Shown here: positions 6,865 to 14,471 of the stretch, one piece after another
How positions within the stretch are numbered: position 1 is the stretch's first letter
Layout: every line of letters begins with the position of its first letter
Assembly: GCA_042216675.1 (NCBI GenBank)
Contig: JBDGTS010000044.1
Coordinates: 1-16,418, forward strand
Source: Halobacteriaceae archaeon
GTDB lineage: Archaea > Halobacteriota > Halobacteria > Halobacteriales > Halobacteriaceae
Direction: 5' to 3'
Length of the DNA stretch: 16,418 nucleotides
Made by a program: the position numbers and the translations under genes
The notes under the pieces: model-generated
The model's database searches: none
The model's input: the letters and a program-made list of their open reading frames with translations, nothing else
What the model was told of the DNA's origin: nothing

Positions 6865-8343
6865 TCACCGCCAGTTCGCCCGTTCCGCCCACTGCTCTTC
6901 GAGGCCGAGGTCGTGGACGTAGGACTCGGGGTCGGGATGGAACGGGTCGCCGATGGCGTCCAGCCGGTCCGCGAGTCGGGCGTCGAGCGCGTCGACGACG
7001 GCCTCGTAGTCGGGGTCGTAGACGCGGTTCCGGAGCTGATAGGGGTCCTCCCGGTTGTCGAACAGCAGCCACGCCGGCGACTGCGGCGGCGCGTGCTCCG
7101 CCATGAACTCCTCGGTGACTCGGGCGTACGTGTAGCGCTCGGTCCGGAGGCCACGCCAGCCCGCGGCGACGTTCATCAGGAGCGCCGCGTCGGTGGCCGC
7201 CGCCGAGTCGTCGCCGCGCAGCGCCGGTGCGACGTCGGTCCCTTCCATCGCCGCCGGCACCTCGACGCCGGCGAGGCCGAGGAGCGTCGGCGCGACGTCG
7301 ACGATTCCAAACGGGTCGTCGCGGACGTGCCCCGCAGGAATCTCGGCGGGCCACCTGATCACGAACGGGACGTTGACCGCCTCCGCGTACGGGTTCCCCT
7401 TCTGGTTGAGCCCCTGCGACCAGAAGTTGTCGCCGTGGTCTGAGGCGTAGGCGACCACCGTGTCGTCGGCCACACCCTCCCGGTCGAGGGCGGCCACGAG
7501 TCGGCCGAACTGGTCGTCGAGCGCAGTCACGTGGGCGTCGTAGTCGGCGAGGGCCTCACGCACGCCATCGTACTCGTAGGGCACCGGTTCGTCGTACACG
7601 TCGCCCTCGTTGGAGAACTCGCGGATCGGGGGTGCCTGCGTGTGTGCGCCGCCGGGGTGGTCGGGATGCGCGGGCATGATCGGTTCGACGTTGGGCCGGA
7701 CCGACAGGTCCTCGGCGTCGTACAGGTCCCGATACTCCTCCGGGACCATCCGGTACGGGTCGTGGGGCGGGCCGTAGGAGAGGAAGAGACAGAACGGCCG
7801 GTCGTCGTCCGGGCCGTCGGTGCCGACCGCCCCGGTCACGAAGTCGATCGCGAGGTCGGTCTGGTGGACGGGTTCGTAGCCGTCGATTTCGACGAGTTCG
7901 TCGTCGTCGCGGTAGTAGCCCGCGTCCATGTAGTCGTGCGAACAGTTGTACACCGCCCAGAAGTCGTCGAACCCCTGTCGTCGCGGCCCCGGCAGCGTGA
8001 ACTTGTCCCGCGGGACGCCGTCGATGTGCCACTTCCCGATGTAGCCGGTCCGGTATCCCGCCTCCCGGAAGGCCTCCGCCACCGACGGCGCGTCGGCCGA
8101 TAACTGGAGGTCGTTGGTTATCACCCCGTGCGTCGTCGCGTGTTGCCCGGTCAGGAGCGCCGCCCTGCTCGGCGAGCAGACCGGGTAGTTCGCGCAGGCG
8201 TTCGAGAGCCGGGTCCCCTCGCTCGCCACCCGGTCGAAGTGCGGCGTGATGACGTCGTCGTTGCCCGAACAGCCCATCGCGTGGGCGCGATGCTGGTCGG
8301 AGAAGACGAACACGACGTTTGGCCGGGCCCGGTCGGCACTCAT
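6865..8343 (-). CDS. Formylglycine-dependent (Cys-type) sulfatase
   Basis: RPNVVFVFSDQHR, CSPSRAALLTG (CxPxR signature), GYRTGYIGKWH, PPHDP, ASDHG, LFDNREDPYQLRN. No signal peptide. Confidence 0.93.
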   Translation of the reverse strand: MSADRARPNVVFVFSDQHRAHAMGCSGNDDVITPHFDRVASEGTRLSNACANYPVCSPSRAALLTGQHATTHGVITNDLQLSADAPSVAEAFREAGYRTGYIGKWHIDGVPRDKFTLPGPRRQGFDDFWAVYNCSHDYMDAGYYRDDDELVEIDGYEPVHQTDLAIDFVTGAVGTDGPDDDRPFCLFLSYGPPHDPYRMVPEEYRDLYDAEDLSVRPNVEPIMPAHPDHPGGAHTQAPPIREFSNEGDVYDEPVPYEYDGVREALADYDAHVTALDDQFGRLVAALDREGVADDTVVAYASDHGDNFWSQGLNQKGNPYAEAVNVPFVIRWPAEIPAGHVRDDPFGIVDVAPTLLGLAGVEVPAAMEGTDVAPALRGDDSAAATDAALLMNVAAGWRGLRTERYTYARVTEEFMAEHAPPQSPAWLLFDNREDPYQLRNRVYDPDYEAVVDALDARLADRLDAIGDPFHPDPESYVHDLGLEEQWAERANWR

Positions 8344-8397
8344 GTCGGGGGTCTCGGAGAGGGAGACGAAAAGAACTGGGTCGGCCCCGGACGGCTC

Positions 8398-9162
8398 TCA
8401 GTTCTCGACGACTCGCTCCTCGCCATCGAAGTGCGCGCTGTTGTCCTTGGGCTGGTAGTCCAGCACCTCGCGGGCCGTCTCCAGCGAGTAGTACTTCCGG
8501 TCGTTGTCGGAGATGCCGTAGACGATTTCGAAGCCGTAGTCGGCCTGCAAGGAGCAGTCGAAGAGGTGCGCGCAGTCCCGATGCGAGAGCCACATCGCCT
8601 GTCCCCGCTCGTAGTCGATGGGGGGGTGGCCCTTCGTGAGGTTGCCGATGCGGACGACGAGGCCCGCCATGCCGTGTTCGTCGTGGTAGTAGCGCGTGAG
8701 AATCTCGCCGGTGGCCTTCGAGACGCCGTAGAAGTTGCCGGGGCGGGGGAACTCCGAGCCGTCGAGCATGAAGTCGCTCTCGGTGCGGTAGATGTCGGGC
8801 GTGCGCTCCGTCTCGAAGTGGCCGACGGCGTGGTTCGAGGAGGCGTAGACGAACGTCTCGATTCCCGCCTCGGCGCAGGCGTCGAGGAGGACTTTCGTGC
8901 CGTGGATGTTGTTGTCGAGGACGCTCTCCCACGGCGCGTCGCGGCGCGGGTCGCCCGCGAGGTGGACGACGGCCTCGACGCCGTCGACGGCCTCGCGCAT
9001 CGCGTCCTCGTCGACGAGGTCGCCGACGAGGTAGGGATGGTCGGGCGTCTCCTCGGGCTCGCTGTGATAGAGGAGTCGCCAGTCGTACTCGTCGGCGATG
9101 CCGTCGAGGATGGCTCCGCCGACGCGCCCCCCGGCGCCGGTGAGCAGGACGGACTCGGTCAT
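8398..9162 (-). CDS. azf: NAD-dependent glucose-6-phosphate dehydrogenase Azf (archaeal zwischenferment, SDR fold)
   Basis: LLTGAGGRVG, HLAGDP, ASSNHAVG, PRPGNFYGVSK (YxxxK), RIGNLTKGHPP, YERGQAMWLS and YGISDNDRKYYS match my recollection of haloarchaeal Azf. Confidence 0.85.
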   Translation of the reverse strand: MTESVLLTGAGGRVGGAILDGIADEYDWRLLYHSEPEETPDHPYLVGDLVDEDAMREAVDGVEAVVHLAGDPRRDAPWESVLDNNIHGTKVLLDACAEAGIETFVYASSNHAVGHFETERTPDIYRTESDFMLDGSEFPRPGNFYGVSKATGEILTRYYHDEHGMAGLVVRIGNLTKGHPPIDYERGQAMWLSHRDCAHLFDCSLQADYGFEIVYGISDNDRKYYSLETAREVLDYQPKDNSAHFDGEERVVEN

Positions 9163-9185
9163 CGAGAGACACTGCGGCCAGCGCG

Positions 9186-9195
9186 GTTAAGTAAG
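9186..9195 (-). promoter_or_regulatory. Putative TATA box for leaderless azf
   Basis: Minus strand TTACTTAA about 25-32 nt upstream of the azf ATG at 9162. Confidence 0.5.
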
Positions 9196-9269
9196 GTGCG
9201 GATTCACTACTGCGCCGCGAGTGAACGCTGAGCGACACGACTAACAGCGTCGCGCCGCCGGGGTCGGAC

Positions 9270-9635
9270 GTGAGCCGACACTCCGCCGAACGCGCCGTCG
9301 TCGCCCTGCTCGTCCTCGTCGGAACGGTGCAGGCGGGGGCCGCCGCCTTCGCCCTGCAGACGCCGCCCGGCGGACCCGCCGTGCTGGCCCTCCGCGTCGT
9401 CGCCGGCCTCGGCGGACTGGTGGTCGTCGCCGTCGCGGCCCTCGTCAGGGCCGGTCGGGTCGGCGGCGAACCACTCGTCGCGGTGGCCGCTGGTGCCGTC
9501 GCCGTTTCGGGCGCGGCGTTCTCCGTCGACGCCGCACATCCGGCGTGGCTCCAGTACGGGATGCTCGCGTCGCTGGTGGCACTCTACGCGGGCCTCGTCG
9601 CCCTGACCGTCGGCGTCGCGAGCGACACGCCTTAG
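9270..9635 (+). CDS. Hypothetical membrane protein (4 TM)
   Basis: 121 aa with GTG start and four Ala/Val/Leu-rich segments. It fills the gap between azf and the aldolase gene. Confidence 0.7.
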   Translation: MSRHSAERAVVALLVLVGTVQAGAAAFALQTPPGGPAVLALRVVAGLGGLVVVAVAALVRAGRVGGEPLVAVAAGAVAVSGAAFSVDAAHPAWLQYGMLASLVALYAGLVALTVGVASDTP

Positions 9636-9659
9636 CCCCCGCCGCCCGCGTCGTGGCGT

Positions 9660-10010
9660 ATGGTCACCGACGCCGAGCGGGCGTGTTTCGAGGCGGGCGT
9701 GAAGTTCGGGTCGCTCTACCACCAGTTCGCGGGCGCGCCGGTCGGCCCCGAGAGCGTCGAGAGCCTCGCGGCGGCGATAGAGGAGAGCATCGAGAATCAG
9801 CCGTACTGCGAGTCGGTCACCGTCGAGCCACAGATGGACGTGCTGGCCGACGCCATCGCGGCGGGGAGTGCCGACTACGTGGAGTTCACTGGTCGCTTCG
9901 TCGAGGTGGAGATCGTCGTCGTCCACGAGGGCGTCGAAGTCGTCGCGGAGATGGCGATGGACGACGGCTACCCGCTGATGGAGCCGGTATCGGTGTCGGA
10001 TCGGGGATAA
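9660..10010 (+). CDS. mptD: Archaeal dihydroneopterin aldolase family (MptD/DUF372)
   Basis: ACFEAGVKFGSLYHQFAGAPV, AIEESIENQPYC and the C-terminal GYPLM are characteristic of the family. Confidence 0.85.
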   Translation: MVTDAERACFEAGVKFGSLYHQFAGAPVGPESVESLAAAIEESIENQPYCESVTVEPQMDVLADAIAAGSADYVEFTGRFVEVEIVVVHEGVEVVAEMAMDDGYPLMEPVSVSDRG

Positions 10011-10041
10011 AACCAAATGACAGGCCCGCGAAGAGGGCGGT

Positions 10042-10428
10042 ATGAGTCAGCGCACGCTCGACGACGAGGACCTCTTCGGTGAGGCCGCCGAGGAGATTCG
10101 AAGCGACGTGGAGAACAGTCTCGCGGCCGCCCGCGACGAACTCCCAGACCCCGACGACGTGTGGGAGGTCGAGGCCGACAACGTGCTGGGCGTCCTGAAC
10201 GGCCTCAAGTCGGCGCTCGACGCCGACGCGGCGCGCGAGGAGTTCCGCGACGCGAAGAAGTGGTACACGATGGGCGAACGCGCGGGCGCCTTCGACGAGG
10301 ACGACGAACTGGCCGACGAGATGGACGCCCTCGAAGACGTGCTGGACGACGTGGAGGCCGCCAGCGAGGACGTCACCGACCTCGTGGAGACGCTCCCCGA
10401 ACTCCGGAGCGCCCTCGCCGAGGACTAG
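10042..10428 (+). CDS. Haloarchaeal DUF5790-family protein
   Basis: MSQRTLDDEDLFGEAAEEIRSDVE...VWEVEADNVLGVLNGLKSALD...AKKWYTMGERAGAF. Highly acidic and helical. Confidence 0.75.
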   Translation: MSQRTLDDEDLFGEAAEEIRSDVENSLAAARDELPDPDDVWEVEADNVLGVLNGLKSALDADAAREEFRDAKKWYTMGERAGAFDEDDELADEMDALEDVLDDVEAASEDVTDLVETLPELRSALAED

Positions 10429-11156
10429 CGGTGTGGCGGGGGCGTCGGGTCCCTGTCGGCCACCGCAGCGAGCAAGTCGGCCAGCGCCGCGCCGGCCTCG
10501 GCCAGCAGCGCTTCGCCGCGCTCGGCGTCGCCGTCGCGGGGGTCACCCACAGCGCCGTTTTCACTGAACGCGGCGCTGTCGTGCGCGAGGTTCGTCCCCG
10601 ACACCCACTCGCCCCACGTCTCAGCCGCGCCCGCCGCCGCCTCCTCGACGCGGCCCTCGCGCACCAAGTCGGGGGCGACGTGGCGCAGGAGCGCCGTCTC
10701 GACGGGACCGCCGTGACCCATGTCGGGCGCCTCGACGGCCTCGAACCACGTGAACGGGAGCGTGTACGCCACCTCCTCTCTGGTGAGACCCGCGGCCACC
10801 TCGCGCACCGCCTCGGCGTTTCCCCCGTGGCCGTTGACGATGACCACCCGGTCCCAGCCGTGACTCGCGAGGCTCGCCGCCGTCTCGCGGACGTAGGCGC
10901 GAAACGTCTCCGGTGACACCCACAGCGTCCCGGTGAACTGCCGGTGTTCGGCGGCGATGCCGACGGGGACTGGCGGCGCGACTGCCACCTCGCCCTCGTA
11001 TGCCGTCGCCCCGGCGTCTGCGACGGCCGCGGCGCTCAACGCGTCCGTTCCGAGCGGTGCGTGTGGCCCGTGCTGTTCCGTGCTGCCGACCGGCAGGAGC
11101 GCGAGGTCCGTGTCGAGGGCGTCGGCGTCCGTCCACGTCGCCTCCGAGAGATGCAT
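10425..11156 (-). CDS. Creatininase/ArfB-like amidohydrolase family protein
   Basis: From the ATG at 11156: LPVGSTEQHGPHAPLGTD, AEHRQFTGT, VNGHGGN and GHGGPVET metal-binding motifs. Confidence 0.92.
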   Translation of the reverse strand: MHLSEATWTDADALDTDLALLPVGSTEQHGPHAPLGTDALSAAAVADAGATAYEGEVAVAPPVPVGIAAEHRQFTGTLWVSPETFRAYVRETAASLASHGWDRVVIVNGHGGNAEAVREVAAGLTREEVAYTLPFTWFEAVEAPDMGHGGPVETALLRHVAPDLVREGRVEEAAAGAAETWGEWVSGTNLAHDSAAFSENGAVGDPRDGDAERGEALLAEAGAALADLLAAVADRDPTPPPHR

Positions 11157-11237
11157 GCCGGCGCTTCGGGCCGGGCGGACTTGTAGCCGACGCCGGGCAC
11201 AAGGCGTATCAACGTGGCGAGTCTGTAAGGAATTGTA

Positions 11238-11537
11238 ATGAACGACTCGCGAGAAGGTGGCGTCGAGTTCGGCGACGTTCGGAATCAGTTGCGAGACCTG
11301 TCGTATCCGCTCACCGGCGCCGACGTCATCGCGGCGTGTGGCGACGGGACGATGGACCTCGCCGACGGCACGCGGACGGTGAGCGAGGCCCTCAAACCGT
11401 GCCGCGACCACACCTTCGAGTCGCCCGCCGACGTGGAGGCGACGCTGTTCTCGATGGTCCCCGTCGGCGCCGTCGGGCGAAAACACTACACCGACCGGGG
11501 CTGTCTCAGCACGTTCAGAGCAGTCGGGTCGCTTTAG
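11238..11537 (+). CDS. Haloarchaeal DUF5789-like small protein
   Basis: SREGGVEFG..LSYP..TFESPADV..AVGRKHYTDRG resembles this family. Overlaps the convergent ABC gene by 4 nt. Confidence 0.7.
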   Translation: MNDSREGGVEFGDVRNQLRDLSYPLTGADVIAACGDGTMDLADGTRTVSEALKPCRDHTFESPADVEATLFSMVPVGAVGRKHYTDRGCLSTFRAVGSL

Positions 11538-13480
11538 TCGTCGCCGATTTCCGCCTCGTACTCGTCCTCGTCCACGTCGGCCTCGGCTTGTCGCTCCTGT
11601 GCGCGTTGGACGAACTCCTCGGGCAGTTCCTCGATTTCACCGGCCTGCACGCCCCAGAGGTGCGCGTAGAGGCCGTCCTCGTCGATGAGTTCCTCGTGGG
11701 TGCCCCGCTCGACTACCTGCCCGTCTTCGAGGACGACGATCTGGTCGGCGTCCTTGATCGTCGAGAGGCGGTGGGCGATGGAGAGGGTGGTCTTGTCGGC
11801 GCTCAGCCGGTCCAGCGAGCGCTGGATGAGCATCTCCGTCTCCGTGTCCACGTCGGACGTGGCCTCGTCGAGGATGAGGATTTCGGGGTCCTTGAGGATG
11901 GCCCGCGCGATGGAGATGCGCTGGCGCTGGCCGCCGGAGAGTTTCACGCCGCGCTCCCCGACCATCGTGTCGTAGCCCTCGGGGAGGTTCATGATGAACT
12001 CGTGGGCCTCCGCGGCCTTCGCGGCCTCCCGAATTTCCGCCTCGCTCGCGTCGAACGTGCCGTACTCGATGTTCTCCTTCACCGTGCCGTAGAACAGGAA
12101 CGTCTCCTGTGACACGTAGCCGATGGCTTCGCGGAGACTCGGAATGGTCACGTCGGTCAGGTCCTGCCCGTCGATGCGGATGTGGCCCTCGTCCACGTCG
12201 TACATCCGCAAGAGGAGTTTGAGCACCGTCGACTTCCCGGCTCCCGTCGGGCCGACGAGCGCGAGGGTGTCGCCGCCGGGCACCTCGAAGGAGATGTCCT
12301 CGACGATTGGCTCCTCGTCGTAACCGAAGGTCACGTCGTCGTACTCGACGCGGCCGTCCTCGACGACGAGGTCCTCGGCGGCGGGGTCCTCCTCGATGCG
12401 CGTGGGTTCGTCCATCAGGCCGAAGATGCGCGCCGCGGAGGCCCGCGCCCGCTGGTACATGTTGATGATCATCCCGAACTGGGCCATCGGCCAGATGAAC
12501 CGCTGAGTGTAAAGGATGAACGTGACGAACTCGCCGACGCGGAGGGTGCCGGTGAAGGGGCCCGGCCCCTCGCCGTTGAACACCCAGAGGCCGCCGACGA
12601 TGAACGTCGTCAGGAAGCCGATGCCGGCGATGATGCGGAGCGCCGGGAAAAAGCGGATGCGGAGCGTGATGGCCCCCCAGTTCGCGTCGAAGTACCCCTC
12701 CGAGACGTCCTCGACTCTGTCGTCCTCGAAGTCCTCGGTGTTGGACGTCTTGATGACCTGAATCCCGCCGAGGTTGTTCTCCAAACGGGAGTTCATGTCA
12801 CCGACGCTCTCGCGGACGTCCTGATACTTCGGCTGGATGGCCTCGATGAAGCGCCACGTGAACAGGGCGATGAGCGGCACCGGCAGGAGAGCGACGAGGG
12901 CCAACTGCCAGTTCATCCAGAACAGGATGGCCGCGATGCCGATCACCATCATCGACAGGCGGAACACGGAGTTCAGGCCCCCGTTGAGGAACCGTTCGAG
13001 GCGGTTCACGTCGTTCGAGAGGATGGACATCAGTTCCCCGGTCTGCTTGTCCGAGAAGAACTCCATGTTCAGGCGCTGCATCTGCTCGTAGGTGTCCACC
13101 CGAATCGAGTGCTGGATGTTCTGCGAGAAGGAGTTCCAGCCCCAGTTGCGGCCCCAGTGGAACATCGCACCGCCGAAGAAGGAGACGGCGATGAGGCCGA
13201 TGGTCAGCCAGAACTGCCCCTCGCGCGTCGCGGGAACCCACGCGTGGGGCAGCAACGGGAGACTGTACGCGGCGTCGGTCCGGAACACTGCGTCCACGGC
13301 GACGCCGAGGAGGAGGGGCGGCAACAGGTCGAGGCCGCGGGCGAACATGCTCCCCGCGAGTCCGACCGCGAACTGGCGCCAGTTCTCGCGGCCGTACGTG
13401 GCGAACAGGCGCCGCATCGGGTTGTCGACCTGTTCCCGTTGTTCCTCGAACGGGTCGTCTTCGTCTTCGGGAACAGCCAT
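11534..13480 (-). CDS. ABC exporter, fused permease + ATPase (MsbA/MdlB-like)
   Basis: Six-TM N-terminal domain, Walker A GPTGAGKS, Q-loop VSQE, signature LSGGQ, Walker B ILILDEATS and H-loop AHRLS. Start taken at MAVPEDEDD (13480). Confidence 0.95.
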   Translation of the reverse strand: MAVPEDEDDPFEEQREQVDNPMRRLFATYGRENWRQFAVGLAGSMFARGLDLLPPLLLGVAVDAVFRTDAAYSLPLLPHAWVPATREGQFWLTIGLIAVSFFGGAMFHWGRNWGWNSFSQNIQHSIRVDTYEQMQRLNMEFFSDKQTGELMSILSNDVNRLERFLNGGLNSVFRLSMMVIGIAAILFWMNWQLALVALLPVPLIALFTWRFIEAIQPKYQDVRESVGDMNSRLENNLGGIQVIKTSNTEDFEDDRVEDVSEGYFDANWGAITLRIRFFPALRIIAGIGFLTTFIVGGLWVFNGEGPGPFTGTLRVGEFVTFILYTQRFIWPMAQFGMIINMYQRARASAARIFGLMDEPTRIEEDPAAEDLVVEDGRVEYDDVTFGYDEEPIVEDISFEVPGGDTLALVGPTGAGKSTVLKLLLRMYDVDEGHIRIDGQDLTDVTIPSLREAIGYVSQETFLFYGTVKENIEYGTFDASEAEIREAAKAAEAHEFIMNLPEGYDTMVGERGVKLSGGQRQRISIARAILKDPEILILDEATSDVDTETEMLIQRSLDRLSADKTTLSIAHRLSTIKDADQIVVLEDGQVVERGTHEELIDEDGLYAHLWGVQAGEIEELPEEFVQRAQERQAEADVDEDEYEAEIGDD

Positions 13481-13531
13481 TAACAACAGTGTCAGTCGAC
13501 CGCTACGCAAAAGCGTTGCTCTACCGGACAG

Positions 13532-14038
13532 TTAGCCGGTGTAGTTGATTGCGACGCGGTCCCCCACGGTGACGCCGTTGCGGTCGGTCCAGCCCCGGTT
13601 CACTTCGAGCACCCACTTCGCGGTGCCCCGATAGCGTGTGAGGTTCGCCTCGTCGGTTCCGGGTGGCGGCAGGGGCGCCTCGTGGATGGCCGTAATCGTG
13701 TGATTGGCGCCGACGAAGACGATGTCGAGGGGGAAGTCCATGTCCCGCATCACGTAGGCCTGTTCGCCCGCCCGGACGTGGACGAACAGCATGCCGGTGT
13801 TCTTCGGGAGCGAGTCGGTGTCGCTGAGTCCGGTGATCCGTTCGCTCCGCGTGTCCGCGATTCTCGTGTCGACGACTCCGAGTTCGGTGCCGTTCTCGCC
13901 GACGACGGTCACGGTTGCGGAGCCGTACGCGTCCCCGGTGTGCAGGAGCGTCGCCGGGACGTAGGCGGACGCCACGAGCGCCACCGCGAGAAGCGCCGCG
14001 AGGCCGGCGACGGCCGCGCCGAGGTGTCGGGCCTCCAT
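13532..14038 (-). CDS. DUF192 family membrane-anchored/secreted protein
   Basis: N-terminal TM, then IADTRSERITGL, GMLFV, MRDMDFPLDIVFV, WVLEVNRG and GVTVGDRV. Confidence 0.9.
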   Translation of the reverse strand: MEARHLGAAVAGLAALLAVALVASAYVPATLLHTGDAYGSATVTVVGENGTELGVVDTRIADTRSERITGLSDTDSLPKNTGMLFVHVRAGEQAYVMRDMDFPLDIVFVGANHTITAIHEAPLPPPGTDEANLTRYRGTAKWVLEVNRGWTDRNGVTVGDRVAINYTG

Positions 14039-14086
14039 CGCCGGAACGTGGGCACGACGCGGCCTAAGCGTTGCGGGGCGAGAGGG

Positions 14087-14098
14087 CAAACGTTTAGG
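14087..14098 (+). promoter_or_regulatory. Putative BRE/TATA of tRNA-Val
   Basis: CAAACG-TTTAGG about 25-35 nt upstream of the mature tRNA 5' end. Confidence 0.5.
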
Positions 14099-14122
14099 GC
14101 GCGCACGGGTAGTCTCGGGTAC

Positions 14123-14196
14123 GGGTTCGTGGTCTAGTTGGTCATGACGCGGCCTTTACAAGGCCGAGATCGGTGGTTCAACTCCGCCCGAACCCA
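14123..14196 (+). tRNA. tRNA-Val (anticodon TAC), intronless, CCA not encoded
   Basis: Acceptor GGGTTCG/CGAACCC plus discriminator A. D arm GTC..GAC. Anticodon arm CGGCC-TTTACAA-GGCCG (TAC at 14157-14159). T arm GGTGG-TTCAACT-CCGCC. Confidence 0.97.
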
Positions 14197-14425
14197 CTCT
14201 TCTTCCGTCGAGGCGTTGCATCGCCGAGACGCTCGTGTGGGGAGCGCGGAGTTGAAGCAGGGAGTGGAGCCTTGCGGAACGACCGTGGTTCAACTCCGCC
14301 CGAACCCACTGCATTTTGCTGCGAGCAAACCGCGAGCGGCAAATCCGTGTGTGAGGACGGATTGAACCGGACGGCGGCGAGCGGATGCAAGCCGACGGCG
14401 TTGTTCAACTCCGCCCGAACCCACT
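14173..14425 (+). repeat. tRNA-3'-end direct repeat array (3 x 26 nt)
   Basis: GTGGTTCAACTCCGCCCGAACCCACT at 14173-14198 (in the tRNA), 14285-14310 (identical) and 14400-14425 (1 mismatch). Spacers are 86 and 89 nt. Confidence 0.95.
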
Positions 14426-14471
14426 CGCATTCTGCGACGAACGGGAGCAACGTGGGTCGACTCCTCACGGT

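Noticed and set aside
14173-14425. CRISPR array interpretation of the 26-nt repeats
   Set aside because: The repeat is the tRNA 3' end. The spacers are 86-89 nt and structurally related to each other, and there are no cas genes or leader in the window.
14199-14425. Additional complete tRNA genes or tRNA pseudogenes
   Set aside because: The spacers lack the GGGTTCG acceptor 5' strand, D arm and anticodon arm. Only the 3' 24 nt plus CT are repeated.
14206-14449. K-turn/box C/D motifs suggested by tandem GA pairs
   Set aside because: The internal loops are symmetric, without the 3-nt bulge of a K-turn, and I saw no paired RUGAUGA/CUGA boxes.
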